Below are positions 7,166-15,519 of a DNA stretch of 15,750 nucleotides, piece after piece. This DNA is from a bacterium (GTDB taxonomy: Bacteria; UBA10199; 2-02-FULL-44-16; DYJF01), in contig JBGSNL010000027.1 of assembly GCA_041739675.1 (NCBI GenBank), forward strand, positions 1-15,750, read 5' to 3'. The first letter of the stretch is position 1; every line of letters starts with the position of its first letter. The notes below the pieces were generated by a model. The model did no database searches. It worked only from the letters and a program-made list of their open reading frames with translations, and was not told where the DNA came from. Made by a program: the position numbers and the translations under genes.

Positions 7166-8248
7166 ATGGTGAGAATCGCTCAAATAATGAAGGAGAAGCT
7201 CGCCGCCGCCGGATATGAGACCCAGACGGCAGGGACCTTCAATTTTGTAGAGCTCTATGCCCGCGAGGCTGCCGTCAAGTCAGTGAAGAAAGAGATCCCG
7301 GTTGCAACGGAACCCGATAGCGATCCGGTTGAATATGCCTCCCGGGTTTATTCGGAGGCCGTCTCGGGCGTCCGTGAGACCTTTTCCAAAGCGGCCAACG
7401 ATCTGCCGATAGATTATCACGAAGTAACCTCTTCGGTGGATGCGATACTTCAGGGGATCATCTGCGGAAACGAAAACTTTATCAGCCTGGCCACGGGCCG
7501 TTGTGACGGTGAGGTCGATTATCTTTACTGCCATCCGGTGAATACGGCGATACTTTCTCTCACTGTCGGCATGGATAAGAAAGTCAACATGTCGAAGCTC
7601 CGGGAGCTGGGGGTCGCCGCGTTCCTGCATGACATAGGTATTGCGAAGGTTTCCGATCTCGTGAACAGTGCGGAGCGGTTGAGCGCCGGCGAGCTTGAGG
7701 CGGTGCGAAAGCATCCGGCGTGGGGCCTTGATACTCTGAAAAGGATAGAGGGCATCGGCGACAGCGCATTGAGGGTAGCATATGAGGAGCATGAGCGGCT
7801 TGACGGCTCGGGCTATCCTCACGGCCGTGTTGGAAAAGAGAAGCTGTGCGAGTTTTCGCCGATAGTCTCTGTCGTCGACGTTTTTGAGGCGCTGACGCAT
7901 GCGCGCCCGCATAGGGCCGCTTTGCCGGCGCATGAGGCGTTCAAGAAGATGCTCCGCGACGACGAGGCGGGCAAATACGAATCGGACATTGTGAGGAGGC
8001 TCATAAGTCATGTGGGTCTCTATCCCGTGGGGAGTTGGGTGAAACTTTCGAACGAAGAGGTCGCCAAGGTGGTGGGTATCAACCGCGGTTATCCCTTGAA
8101 ACCCAGGGTAACCGTGATCTTCGACCATAATGGTTGGAAATTGAAGCAGGCGAAGTCCATCGACCTCGTCTCGATGTCGGCGATTTCAATTTTGAGGCCC
8201 GTAAGCGACGAGGAACTGAAAAAATACTGGGAAAAAAGTCCCAGTTAA
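7166..8248 (+). CDS. HD-GYP domain protein (putative cyclic di-nucleotide phosphodiesterase)
   Basis: YCHPVNTA, AFLHDIG, KHPAWG, EEHERLDGSGYP, VDVFEALTHARPHR and the C-terminal YPVGSWVKLSNEEVAKV extension. Confidence 0.92.
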   Translation: MVRIAQIMKEKLAAAGYETQTAGTFNFVELYAREAAVKSVKKEIPVATEPDSDPVEYASRVYSEAVSGVRETFSKAANDLPIDYHEVTSSVDAILQGIICGNENFISLATGRCDGEVDYLYCHPVNTAILSLTVGMDKKVNMSKLRELGVAAFLHDIGIAKVSDLVNSAERLSAGELEAVRKHPAWGLDTLKRIEGIGDSALRVAYEEHERLDGSGYPHGRVGKEKLCEFSPIVSVVDVFEALTHARPHRAALPAHEAFKKMLRDDEAGKYESDIVRRLISHVGLYPVGSWVKLSNEEVAKVVGINRGYPLKPRVTVIFDHNGWKLKQAKSIDLVSMSAISILRPVSDEELKKYWEKSPS

Positions 8249-8277
8249 CAAACCATTTTCCAAAAAAGGGGGAAAAC

Positions 8278-8427
8278 ATGGGTACAATACTGCTTTTGAT
8301 CTTCAGATTCGCATTGGGGTACGATTCCGAGAGTTTTGCGAATTATCAGCTTCTATCGCTGACACTTTCGCTCGACACGATCGCATTTTTGCTTCTGCTC
8401 GCAGTGTTTAAAAAGAAGCAGGCCTAA
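8278..8427 (+). CDS. Small hydrophobic membrane peptide, 49 aa
   Basis: ATG at 8278 after a G-rich SD (AAAGGGGGG). Sequence MGTILLLIFRFALGYDSESFANYQLLSLTLSLDTIAFLLLLAVFKKKQA has hydrophobic segments and a basic tail. Fits the HD-GYP-wza gap. Confidence 0.55.
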   Translation: MGTILLLIFRFALGYDSESFANYQLLSLTLSLDTIAFLLLLAVFKKKQA

Positions 8428-8486
8428 GCGTCGGAATAAAAGTTTTTTTGTTGTGTGCGTGTGAGTTCCCACTTTAGGAGTGGTCT

Positions 8487-9242
8487 ATGAGGAGACATTT
8501 ATTCCTTTGTGCAGCTGTCGTGTGTGCAGCCGCCGTGACGGCATGTTCCTACACGAAGGTGCCGAAATCCTCATCGACATCGGCAAAATCGAACGGGGTC
8601 GAGGCGAAGGAACCCGGTGCTGAAGGATCCTATCCTCAGCTTCCCCCGTACAGGATAAACATTGGCGATGTCCTTGGCGTGTCAGTGTGGAGGGCGAAAG
8701 GGATGGACGTTGAGCGGGATGTGATAGTGAGGCCCGACGGAGTCATTTCTTACCCGCTGGTCGGCGATATTCATGCGATCGGAAAGACCCTGACCGAGCT
8801 CGATGCGGAGCTCACGCGCGCCCTGAGGACGTACATAAAAAATCCGGAAGTGTCGATGGCGATAAAAAGATTCGGCGGAACAAAGGTGATCGTGCTTGGC
8901 GAAGTCAGAAGCCCGGGCGTCTACAGCCCCACGGGACAGGGCAGTGTTTTAGAGGTGATAGCCCTTGCCGGCGGTTTCACGGACGACGGTGTCAGGTCCG
9001 ACACGATCCTTGTCCACGGGGGGCTTGCAAATCCGCAGCCGGTCCGCCTGAATCTGGCGCATGCAATATTGAAGGGAGATCAGAGCCAGAATCCGCCGTT
9101 GCAGCCCAACGACATAGTTTTTGTGCCGAAAAACGCGGCTGCATCCTTTAATTATTATATGAAGCAGTTGACGCCGACGCTTCAGAATTTACTCTTGGGA
9201 ACGTCGGTCTGGGCCGATCTTACAAATCAGACGGTGCATTGA
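8487..9242 (+). CDS. wza: Polysaccharide export lipoprotein (Wza/OPX family, Poly_export + SLBB)
   Basis: Signal peptide with lipobox-like VTAC. Motifs YRINIGDVLGVSVW, VRPDGVISYPLVGDI.A.GKT..EL, VIVLGEVRSPG.Y, ALAGGFT and NPPLQPNDIVFVP. SD AGGAG. Confidence 0.88.
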   Translation: MRRHLFLCAAVVCAAAVTACSYTKVPKSSSTSAKSNGVEAKEPGAEGSYPQLPPYRINIGDVLGVSVWRAKGMDVERDVIVRPDGVISYPLVGDIHAIGKTLTELDAELTRALRTYIKNPEVSMAIKRFGGTKVIVLGEVRSPGVYSPTGQGSVLEVIALAGGFTDDGVRSDTILVHGGLANPQPVRLNLAHAILKGDQSQNPPLQPNDIVFVPKNAAASFNYYMKQLTPTLQNLLLGTSVWADLTNQTVH

Positions 9243-9258
9243 GTTTAACGGGGTCATC

Positions 9259-11235
9259 GTGCAGAGGTCCGAATTACTCAGTCTTTCCGATTACTGGCGG
9301 ATAATGCGCCGCCGGAAAGCGGTTATACTCGCCTCGATGTTCATTATAGGCGGCGTCGTCTTTTATCGAAATATCACAACGCCTCCGACATACCAGACGT
9401 CCACGACAGTGATGGTCGAGGGCGGAAAGTCGCTCGCGACGGGAACGCCCGAGTATTACAATCCGTGGGAAGGCGATTATGTGGATTCGCAGACAAACGT
9501 GATCGGCAGCGCGCCTGTCGCCGAACAGGCGGGAAGATATCTGGGCTGGATCACCGATTCCACGCCTCCCCAGTACGCCGATGAAATCATCGCATATATA
9601 GCCGGGAGCGTTGCGAACGCCGAGAGGATAAGGACCACCAACCTCATCGCGATAACAATAGAGTCGGGCGATCCGCGCGAAGCTGCGGCCATTGCAAATG
9701 CCGTGGCCCACGCCTATCAGGAATGGAGCCTGCAAAAGCGGAACGAGCAAGCTCACTCGGTGAGGGTTTTCGTCGAGCAGCAGCTAATCGATGTGGGGGG
9801 GCGGCTGAAAATTTCTGAAGAGGCGCTCAGAGATTTCAAGGCGTCGTCCGATGTGGCCGGCGCCCTTGCCACGATGCAGCAGCAGCTTGTGTCTCTCCAG
9901 ACGGAATTGGCTTCGCTTCTTGAAGAATATACCGAACAGCATCCGGACGTGATCGAAACGCGGGCGAAGATTGACGAGCTCAGGGCGCAGTTGGCCGAGA
10001 GCCCCGAGCTCGAGATGAAATTCCGTCAACTCAGCCGCGACGTGGAAACAAATTCCTCTCTGTATCAGATGCTCAGACAGCGCTTTGAAGACGCGCGTAT
10101 CGCCGAAGCGGAGAAGGTTAGCGACGTTACGATAGTCAATCCGGCGACCGTTCCGGGCTCGCCCGTTGCTCCACGCGTGAAGCTCAATACAATGATAGGT
10201 CTTGTGGTCGGCCTCCTTCTGGGTCTGGTCATGGCCTTCGTCAAAGAGAACCTCGACACATCCATCGCCACCATAGAGGACGTGGAAGATTTCCTGCAGA
10301 TTCCGATCCTGGGCGTCATTCCCTATATGGAAGCGGAGGTGACGAGGAAGCGCAGATATTCGATCACAAGTTTCTTCGGAATACTGCCGCCGCCGCCGCG
10401 CCTCTCCGTCAAAGATTCGAGAAAGCTTCTGGTCGCACTCGGCGGCGGGACCTCACCGCCCGCGGAGGCATACAAGACACTTCGCACGAATATCCAGTTT
10501 GCCGTATCTCAGAAGAAGAGCAAGCTCATCGCCTTTACAAGTTCCGGGCCGCATGAAGGTAAGACGATCACGGTTGCGAACTGCGCAATTGCGTTTGCCC
10601 AGAGCGGACAGCGCGTTTTGCTTTTCTCCGCGGACTTGAGGCGTGAATTGGTCGCGGATCTCTTCGGAATCCGGACCGAGCCGGGTCTGGCTGAAATCAT
10701 AAGCGGCGACATTGAATGGCGGAAAGCGGTCCGGTCAATTGAAGATCTCATGGTCGGCGATCTGGACACCACAAAGATTTTGGAGACTCCGGGAATCGAC
10801 AATTTATCCATCCTGACCGCGGGCCGTGTGCCTCCAAATCCGGCCGAATTTCTGCAGTCGGACCGCATGAAGGAATTTTTAAAAGAGATCCGCGAGCAGT
10901 TCGATTATGTATTTCTCGATTGTCCGCCGGTTTTACCGGTCAGTGACGCGCTTGTCCTGGCCCCGCAAGTTGACGGCATCATTTTTGTATATCAGTCGGG
11001 TCAGACCGCGCGCGGCGCTCTGAAGCGTGCAAAATCAATGATTTTGGCTTCCGGCGCCACGGTGTTGGGAGTGGTCTTGAACGCCATCAAGGCGCAGGAG
11101 ATGAAGCTCGCGCCGTCATACCGCTACTATGGCGGATACTACGGCGGGAAATACGGTTATGGATACGGCTATGAGAAGGATAAGGAAGAGGGAAAAGACA
11201 AGTGGTATAACTTTTTCAAAAAGGGAAGATCGTGA
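9259..11235 (+). CDS. wzc: Polysaccharide co-polymerase / BY-type tyrosine autokinase (Wzc-like)
   Basis: GTG start. Two TM segments flank a coiled-coil periplasmic region. Motifs AEAYKTLRTNI, Walker A SSGPHEGKT, FSADLRR, PPNPAEFL and Walker B FLDCPP. C-terminal cluster YRYYGGYYGGKYGYGYGY has 9 Tyr. Confidence 0.92.
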   Translation: MQRSELLSLSDYWRIMRRRKAVILASMFIIGGVVFYRNITTPPTYQTSTTVMVEGGKSLATGTPEYYNPWEGDYVDSQTNVIGSAPVAEQAGRYLGWITDSTPPQYADEIIAYIAGSVANAERIRTTNLIAITIESGDPREAAAIANAVAHAYQEWSLQKRNEQAHSVRVFVEQQLIDVGGRLKISEEALRDFKASSDVAGALATMQQQLVSLQTELASLLEEYTEQHPDVIETRAKIDELRAQLAESPELEMKFRQLSRDVETNSSLYQMLRQRFEDARIAEAEKVSDVTIVNPATVPGSPVAPRVKLNTMIGLVVGLLLGLVMAFVKENLDTSIATIEDVEDFLQIPILGVIPYMEAEVTRKRRYSITSFFGILPPPPRLSVKDSRKLLVALGGGTSPPAEAYKTLRTNIQFAVSQKKSKLIAFTSSGPHEGKTITVANCAIAFAQSGQRVLLFSADLRRELVADLFGIRTEPGLAEIISGDIEWRKAVRSIEDLMVGDLDTTKILETPGIDNLSILTAGRVPPNPAEFLQSDRMKEFLKEIREQFDYVFLDCPPVLPVSDALVLAPQVDGIIFVYQSGQTARGALKRAKSMILASGATVLGVVLNAIKAQEMKLAPSYRYYGGYYGGKYGYGYGYEKDKEEGKDKWYNFFKKGRS

Positions 11236-11251
11236 CGAGGCTTGGGAAAAA

Positions 11252-12034
11252 ATGGCGACCTACAGACTGCATTGCCGAGTATCCCCGTATGACTATGACG
11301 CCCAGTGGGCCGCATTCTTCGATAAAAACAACTTAGTTCCTGAAATATATCTCAACAAGCACGCCCTTGACGGCAAGATTGAGGCCGCGCTGGATAAAAT
11401 GGCCGCATGGCTGGATCAAAAGAAAATCCGCCCGTCGATGCACGCCCCATTCGCCTCCAACGATCCCGTTCTCTTCGATTCCATAGCGAGAAACCATGCA
11501 GAGAAGGTAACGGACAAGACGATAGCACTCGTCAGGCGTTTCAACGCAGAGATCGTTGTCTGCCATCCCGTGTTCGAAAAATACAGGAACAGAAAATCCT
11601 ATTCCAAATGGATAGACGAAAATGTTCGCTACTTCGATCACATGGTCGCCCAGACGCGGAAGTCCGGCACTATCGTTGCCGTAGAGAATATCTTCGAGGA
11701 CGGGCCGGATTTCATTCATGATATTCTGTCTGAGGTGCGCTCCGAAAGGCTGAAGTTTTGCCTGGATGTGGGCCACTACAATAAGTATTCAAAAGCGAAT
11801 CTCGCGAAATGGTTCAAGGTTCTGGGAGACAAACTGTGCGAGATCCACGTCCACGACAATTCGGGAAAACATGACGAACATCTGCCGCCGGGTGAGGGGT
11901 TGTTCCCTTTCCCAAAACTCGCGGTTATGCTGCAGAGCCTTGATAAAGATCTCATCATGACACTGGAACCGTTAAACAGGGAGGCCGCCTTGCGTGCGGT
12001 TAAAAACGCGAGGCGTCTCTTCGGTATAAAATGA
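11252..12034 (+). CDS. Sugar-phosphate isomerase/epimerase-like TIM-barrel protein (AP endonuclease 2/xylose isomerase-like family), 260 aa
   Basis: Metal-ligand motifs SMHAPF, VCHP, AVENIFE, CLDVGH, EIHVHDN, DEHLPPGEG and TLEP. Start ATG at 11252 avoids overlap with wzc. Confidence 0.85.
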   Translation: MATYRLHCRVSPYDYDAQWAAFFDKNNLVPEIYLNKHALDGKIEAALDKMAAWLDQKKIRPSMHAPFASNDPVLFDSIARNHAEKVTDKTIALVRRFNAEIVVCHPVFEKYRNRKSYSKWIDENVRYFDHMVAQTRKSGTIVAVENIFEDGPDFIHDILSEVRSERLKFCLDVGHYNKYSKANLAKWFKVLGDKLCEIHVHDNSGKHDEHLPPGEGLFPFPKLAVMLQSLDKDLIMTLEPLNREAALRAVKNARRLFGIK

Positions 12035-12540
12035 CGAACCATGCAAGGCGCTGGTCAATCGCGCTTGGTTATCTGGCCCTGATGTATTGGACCACGTACG
12101 TTATCAACTCAGAGGGGGTCCTTGAAGGCGCAGGTGTGGCTCACGCCGCTTTTTTGGCCGCGTATATAATTGCGGCAATTGCCCTTCTGGTTTTAGGGCT
12201 CGTCAAATTCGGCGTCAAAAACGATTACGCGTGGATCTGCCTTGGGATTATTGTTCTCTTATTGATGATGGCGGTTCTGAATCTTTCCGACCCCAAGGGG
12301 AGGTTGCATTTTCTCGAGTACGGTCTGTTTTTCGTGCTTGTGTACCGCGCCTTGAAGATGCGTGTCTCGGGTTTTACAGCATACGCGTCGGCGATAATTT
12401 TGACCTGTGCAGCGGGGGTTGCAGACGAATTCTTGCAGTCGCTTTACGGCAGAGGCTTCTTCGATATGGCCGATGTCTTGAACAACACGTTCGCGGCATA
12501 TCTTGCCGCAGGCGTAAGTCTCGTATGGGAGAGGTGTTAA
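12031..12540 (+). CDS. VanZ-like family membrane protein
   Basis: About 5 hydrophobic segments with LHFLEYG and GVADEFLQSLYGRGFFDMADVLNN, resembling the VanZ-like H-F-x-x-Y and DE-x-x-Q...R...D...N pattern. Start overlaps the upstream stop. Confidence 0.75.
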   Translation: MTNHARRWSIALGYLALMYWTTYVINSEGVLEGAGVAHAAFLAAYIIAAIALLVLGLVKFGVKNDYAWICLGIIVLLLMMAVLNLSDPKGRLHFLEYGLFFVLVYRALKMRVSGFTAYASAIILTCAAGVADEFLQSLYGRGFFDMADVLNNTFAAYLAAGVSLVWERC

Positions 12541-13356
12541 ATGTACGAACAATACTGGAAACTCACTGAAAAACCGTTCGAGAACACTCCGGATCCGCGC
12601 TTTCTTTTTCGTTCGGCGGAGCATGAGGAGGGGCTCTCAAGACTTCTCTACGCAGTGAAAGAGTCCAAAGGGGCCGCCATGCTCACGGGCGTGTTCGGTT
12701 GCGGAAAAACTCTTTTGGGGCGTTCGATCATGAAGGAGCTGGGAAAAGATTCCTATCGCATGGTCTATATCGGAAACCCGCTGCTTTCGCACGTGGAGCT
12801 CCTGATGGCGGTCGCAACGGGGCTCGGGGTGACGGATCTCCCCACGAAGAAGACCGAGATCCTCACGAACGTGGTGCTCGATTCGCTGGAAAAAGTTCTC
12901 CTGAACAACCGGCGCGATGGAAAGCGGACCGTTGTCCTCATAGACGAGGCGCATATCATAACTGAGCATACGGTCTGGGAAGAGCTGCGTCTTCTCTTAA
13001 ATTTTCAGCTCGATGACGCTTTTCTTCTGACGTTGCTTCTTTTCGGACAACCGGAGCTCAAAAATAACATCACTGCCAACAAGCAGCTTTCGCAGAGAAT
13101 CGCGATACGTTTCCATTTGAGCGGATTCAACGCGGAGGAAGTCGCTCTCTACATCAAACATCGTTTGAGCGTTGTCGGACGGACAGATTGCATGTTCACG
13201 GACGAATCGCTTGCCCTCATCTTTAAGAAATCGGGGGGCATTCCGCGGCGCATAAACCATATCTGCGACATGTGCCTAGTCGCCGGTTTGGGACAGAAGC
13301 TGGGCAGCATAGGGCCCGATCTGGTTCAGGAGGTTGTGGCGGATATGGAAGAATAG
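12541..13356 (+). CDS. ExeA/GspA-family AAA ATPase, ATPase domain only (copy 2)
   Basis: MYEQYWKLTEKPFENTPDPRF, Walker A GVFGCGKT, Walker B VLIDEAH, then ELRLLLNFQ, GQPEL, YIKHRL and GGIPRRINHICD. Confidence 0.92.
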   Translation: MYEQYWKLTEKPFENTPDPRFLFRSAEHEEGLSRLLYAVKESKGAAMLTGVFGCGKTLLGRSIMKELGKDSYRMVYIGNPLLSHVELLMAVATGLGVTDLPTKKTEILTNVVLDSLEKVLLNNRRDGKRTVVLIDEAHIITEHTVWEELRLLLNFQLDDAFLLTLLLFGQPELKNNITANKQLSQRIAIRFHLSGFNAEEVALYIKHRLSVVGRTDCMFTDESLALIFKKSGGIPRRINHICDMCLVAGLGQKLGSIGPDLVQEVVADMEE

Positions 13357-13376
13357 TGAATTCGGAGCTTTGATAT

Positions 13377-15509
13377 ATGAAGATACAGACAAGGATACTG
13401 CTGGCCCTTATCGTCGTCTTTTCTCTGTTTGCTATTTTTGCAGTGTGGAGCGGACTGTCCGAAATCCGGAAAGAGAAGACGGTCTTCGAGCAGAAGGTGG
13501 CCGAAAAGGGACATCTCTTTGACGAGGTGATGGAGCTGAAAGGGGCGTCCAGCAGATCGCAGGCCACCGATTATACCTTTTGGGACGAGATGGTCCGGTT
13601 TGCGGAAAGAAAGTTGGGCAAAGAATGGGGGGTTGAAAACATCGAGGCGAGCCTTTCGGGCTTCAAGGACAACGCGGCGTGGGTATATGATACGGACATT
13701 TCCCTCGTCTATTCGGTGAATAATCTGGGCAGCGGGACCATAAGGGATATCCCGATTTCAGCCGATGCCGTCAGACAGGTCTTCGCCGACAGCCGCTTTT
13801 GCCACTTCTTTGCAATGACCGATCTCGGCGTAATGGAGATCTTCGGCGCCACGATTCACCCCACGGGCGATCCCAGAAGGCTGACATCTCCAAGAGGGTA
13901 TTTTTTCGTCGGCACTCTTTGGGATGAAAGCTACATCGGTTACTTCTCGCGCATCTTCGAAGGTGAGGTGAAAATTTTGCCCGTGGAAGAGGCGAACGGG
14001 GCTTCCGAAAATCTTAAGGAAGGGACGATCTATTTCACAAAGACGCTCTACAATTGGGACAAGACCCCGCTTGTCGACGTCCGCGTGGAAAGCCATTCGG
14101 AGAGTTTGCGCGTGATTTACGCGGCGTTCAAACAGCGGCTTATCGTGTTCGGTGTCTTTGCTCTCGTCATAATGTTCATAATCGTGTTCACGCTTTTACG
14201 GTGGGTCAACAGGCCTCTCAGAATGATCTGGGACAGTCTCGAAAACGACAGGATAGACAAAATAGTCCCTCTCGAGAAAGAATCCACCGAGTACGGGATG
14301 ATCGCAAAATTGATAAGGCGTTCCTTCGAGCAGAAAGAGAGCCTCGAGAGCGAAATAGCGTTCAGGAAACTTGCAGAGGAGCAGCTCAGATATTCGAAGG
14401 ATCAGATGGAACTCCTCTATCATTTGGTCCCCAGCGCCATCTTCACGGTCGATAAGAACCGCCGAATCACCAGCTGGAACAACATGGCCGCCGAGATGAC
14501 CGGCTACGAGGCCTCCGAGATCATAGGGCGCGAGTGCACGGTCTTTGCTGAGGCGCCCTGCAAGGAAAAATGCGGTCTTTACTCCGACGACATAACCAAA
14601 CCCATAAGGGGCAGGGAATGCATTATAAGAAGAAAAGACGGGCAGCTGAGGTTTGTCTTAAAGAACGGCGACTATCTGAAGGATCCGGAGGGGAAGATCA
14701 TAGGCGGAATTGAAAGCTTTGAGGATATAACCGAGCGGAGACACGCTGAGAAGAAGCTGGAGGAATGGAGCAAGACCCTTGAGGAGAGCGTCAGGATCAG
14801 AACCGAAGAGCTCCAAAAATCCCAGGAGAAGCTGGCGCGTTCGGAGAAACTGGCCCTCATCGGGCAGCTCTCGTCGCAGGTCTCTCACGAACTTAGAACC
14901 CCGCTCACGGCCATCAAAAACGCCGCCTATCTCATTAATATGCAGATGGACAGTGGCAAGACCGACAAGATCGCTGAATATGTCGATCTGATCAGCAAGG
15001 AAGTGGACGTCACGACCCAGGTCATTTCAAACACTTTGGGTTTCGCGAAACGCAAGCCGCTTGAGAGGAAGGAGAGCGACATCAACACCGTCCTTCGCGA
15101 AAGTCTCCAGGTATCGGTTGTGCCGGCGAACATCAGTGTGAAGCCCCTCTTCAATGAGGCGCTGCCGCATCTGAATGTCGATCCCGTGCAGATCCGCCAG
15201 GTGTTTGACAATATCATAAAAAACGCCGTGGATGCGATGCCGGAAGGCGGCGAGCTGGAGGTCAAGCTCACCTCCGACATGACTTATCTGACGGCGGAGT
15301 TCAAAGATACGGGCGTCGGTATTTCAAAAGAAAATATGAATAAAATATTCGACCCCCTGTTTTCAACTTCGCCCCGCGGGACGGGGCTGGGGCTTCCCGT
15401 GTGCCAGCAGATAGTGGAGTCACATGGGGGCCTGATAGATGTTGAAAGCGTGGAGGGGAAGGGGGCTGTTTTCAAGATTAAATTACCGCTTCGGCAGTCT
15501 GCGGTGTGA
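13377..15509 (+). CDS. Membrane sensor histidine kinase (TM - CHASE4-like - TM - PAS - HisKA - HATPase_c)
   Basis: DYTFWDE (CHASE4-like) between two TM helices. PAS: AIFTVD..RITSWN..AEMTGY..SEIIG...DITER. H-box SHELRTPL, N-box NIIKNAVDA, G1 DTGVGI, F IFDPLFST, G2 GTGLGL. Confidence 0.93.
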   Translation: MKIQTRILLALIVVFSLFAIFAVWSGLSEIRKEKTVFEQKVAEKGHLFDEVMELKGASSRSQATDYTFWDEMVRFAERKLGKEWGVENIEASLSGFKDNAAWVYDTDISLVYSVNNLGSGTIRDIPISADAVRQVFADSRFCHFFAMTDLGVMEIFGATIHPTGDPRRLTSPRGYFFVGTLWDESYIGYFSRIFEGEVKILPVEEANGASENLKEGTIYFTKTLYNWDKTPLVDVRVESHSESLRVIYAAFKQRLIVFGVFALVIMFIIVFTLLRWVNRPLRMIWDSLENDRIDKIVPLEKESTEYGMIAKLIRRSFEQKESLESEIAFRKLAEEQLRYSKDQMELLYHLVPSAIFTVDKNRRITSWNNMAAEMTGYEASEIIGRECTVFAEAPCKEKCGLYSDDITKPIRGRECIIRRKDGQLRFVLKNGDYLKDPEGKIIGGIESFEDITERRHAEKKLEEWSKTLEESVRIRTEELQKSQEKLARSEKLALIGQLSSQVSHELRTPLTAIKNAAYLINMQMDSGKTDKIAEYVDLISKEVDVTTQVISNTLGFAKRKPLERKESDINTVLRESLQVSVVPANISVKPLFNEALPHLNVDPVQIRQVFDNIIKNAVDAMPEGGELEVKLTSDMTYLTAEFKDTGVGISKENMNKIFDPLFSTSPRGTGLGLPVCQQIVESHGGLIDVESVEGKGAVFKIKLPLRQSAV

Positions 15510-15519
15510 AAGGGGTTCG

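Noticed and set aside
8279..8293. Sigma54 -24/-12 promoter (TGG-N10-GC) upstream of wza
   Set aside because: The spacing fits, but the sequence (TGGGTACAATACTGC) matches TGGCAC-N5-TTGC poorly and overlaps the small ORF start.
8469..8483. CCACT/AGTGG mini-hairpin over the wza SD (CsrA-like GGA site)
   Set aside because: A 5-6 bp stem is within chance expectation.
11129..11251. Longer N-terminus for the TIM-barrel gene
   Set aside because: It overlaps the Tyr-cluster end of wzc. ATG 11252 gives a normal family length.
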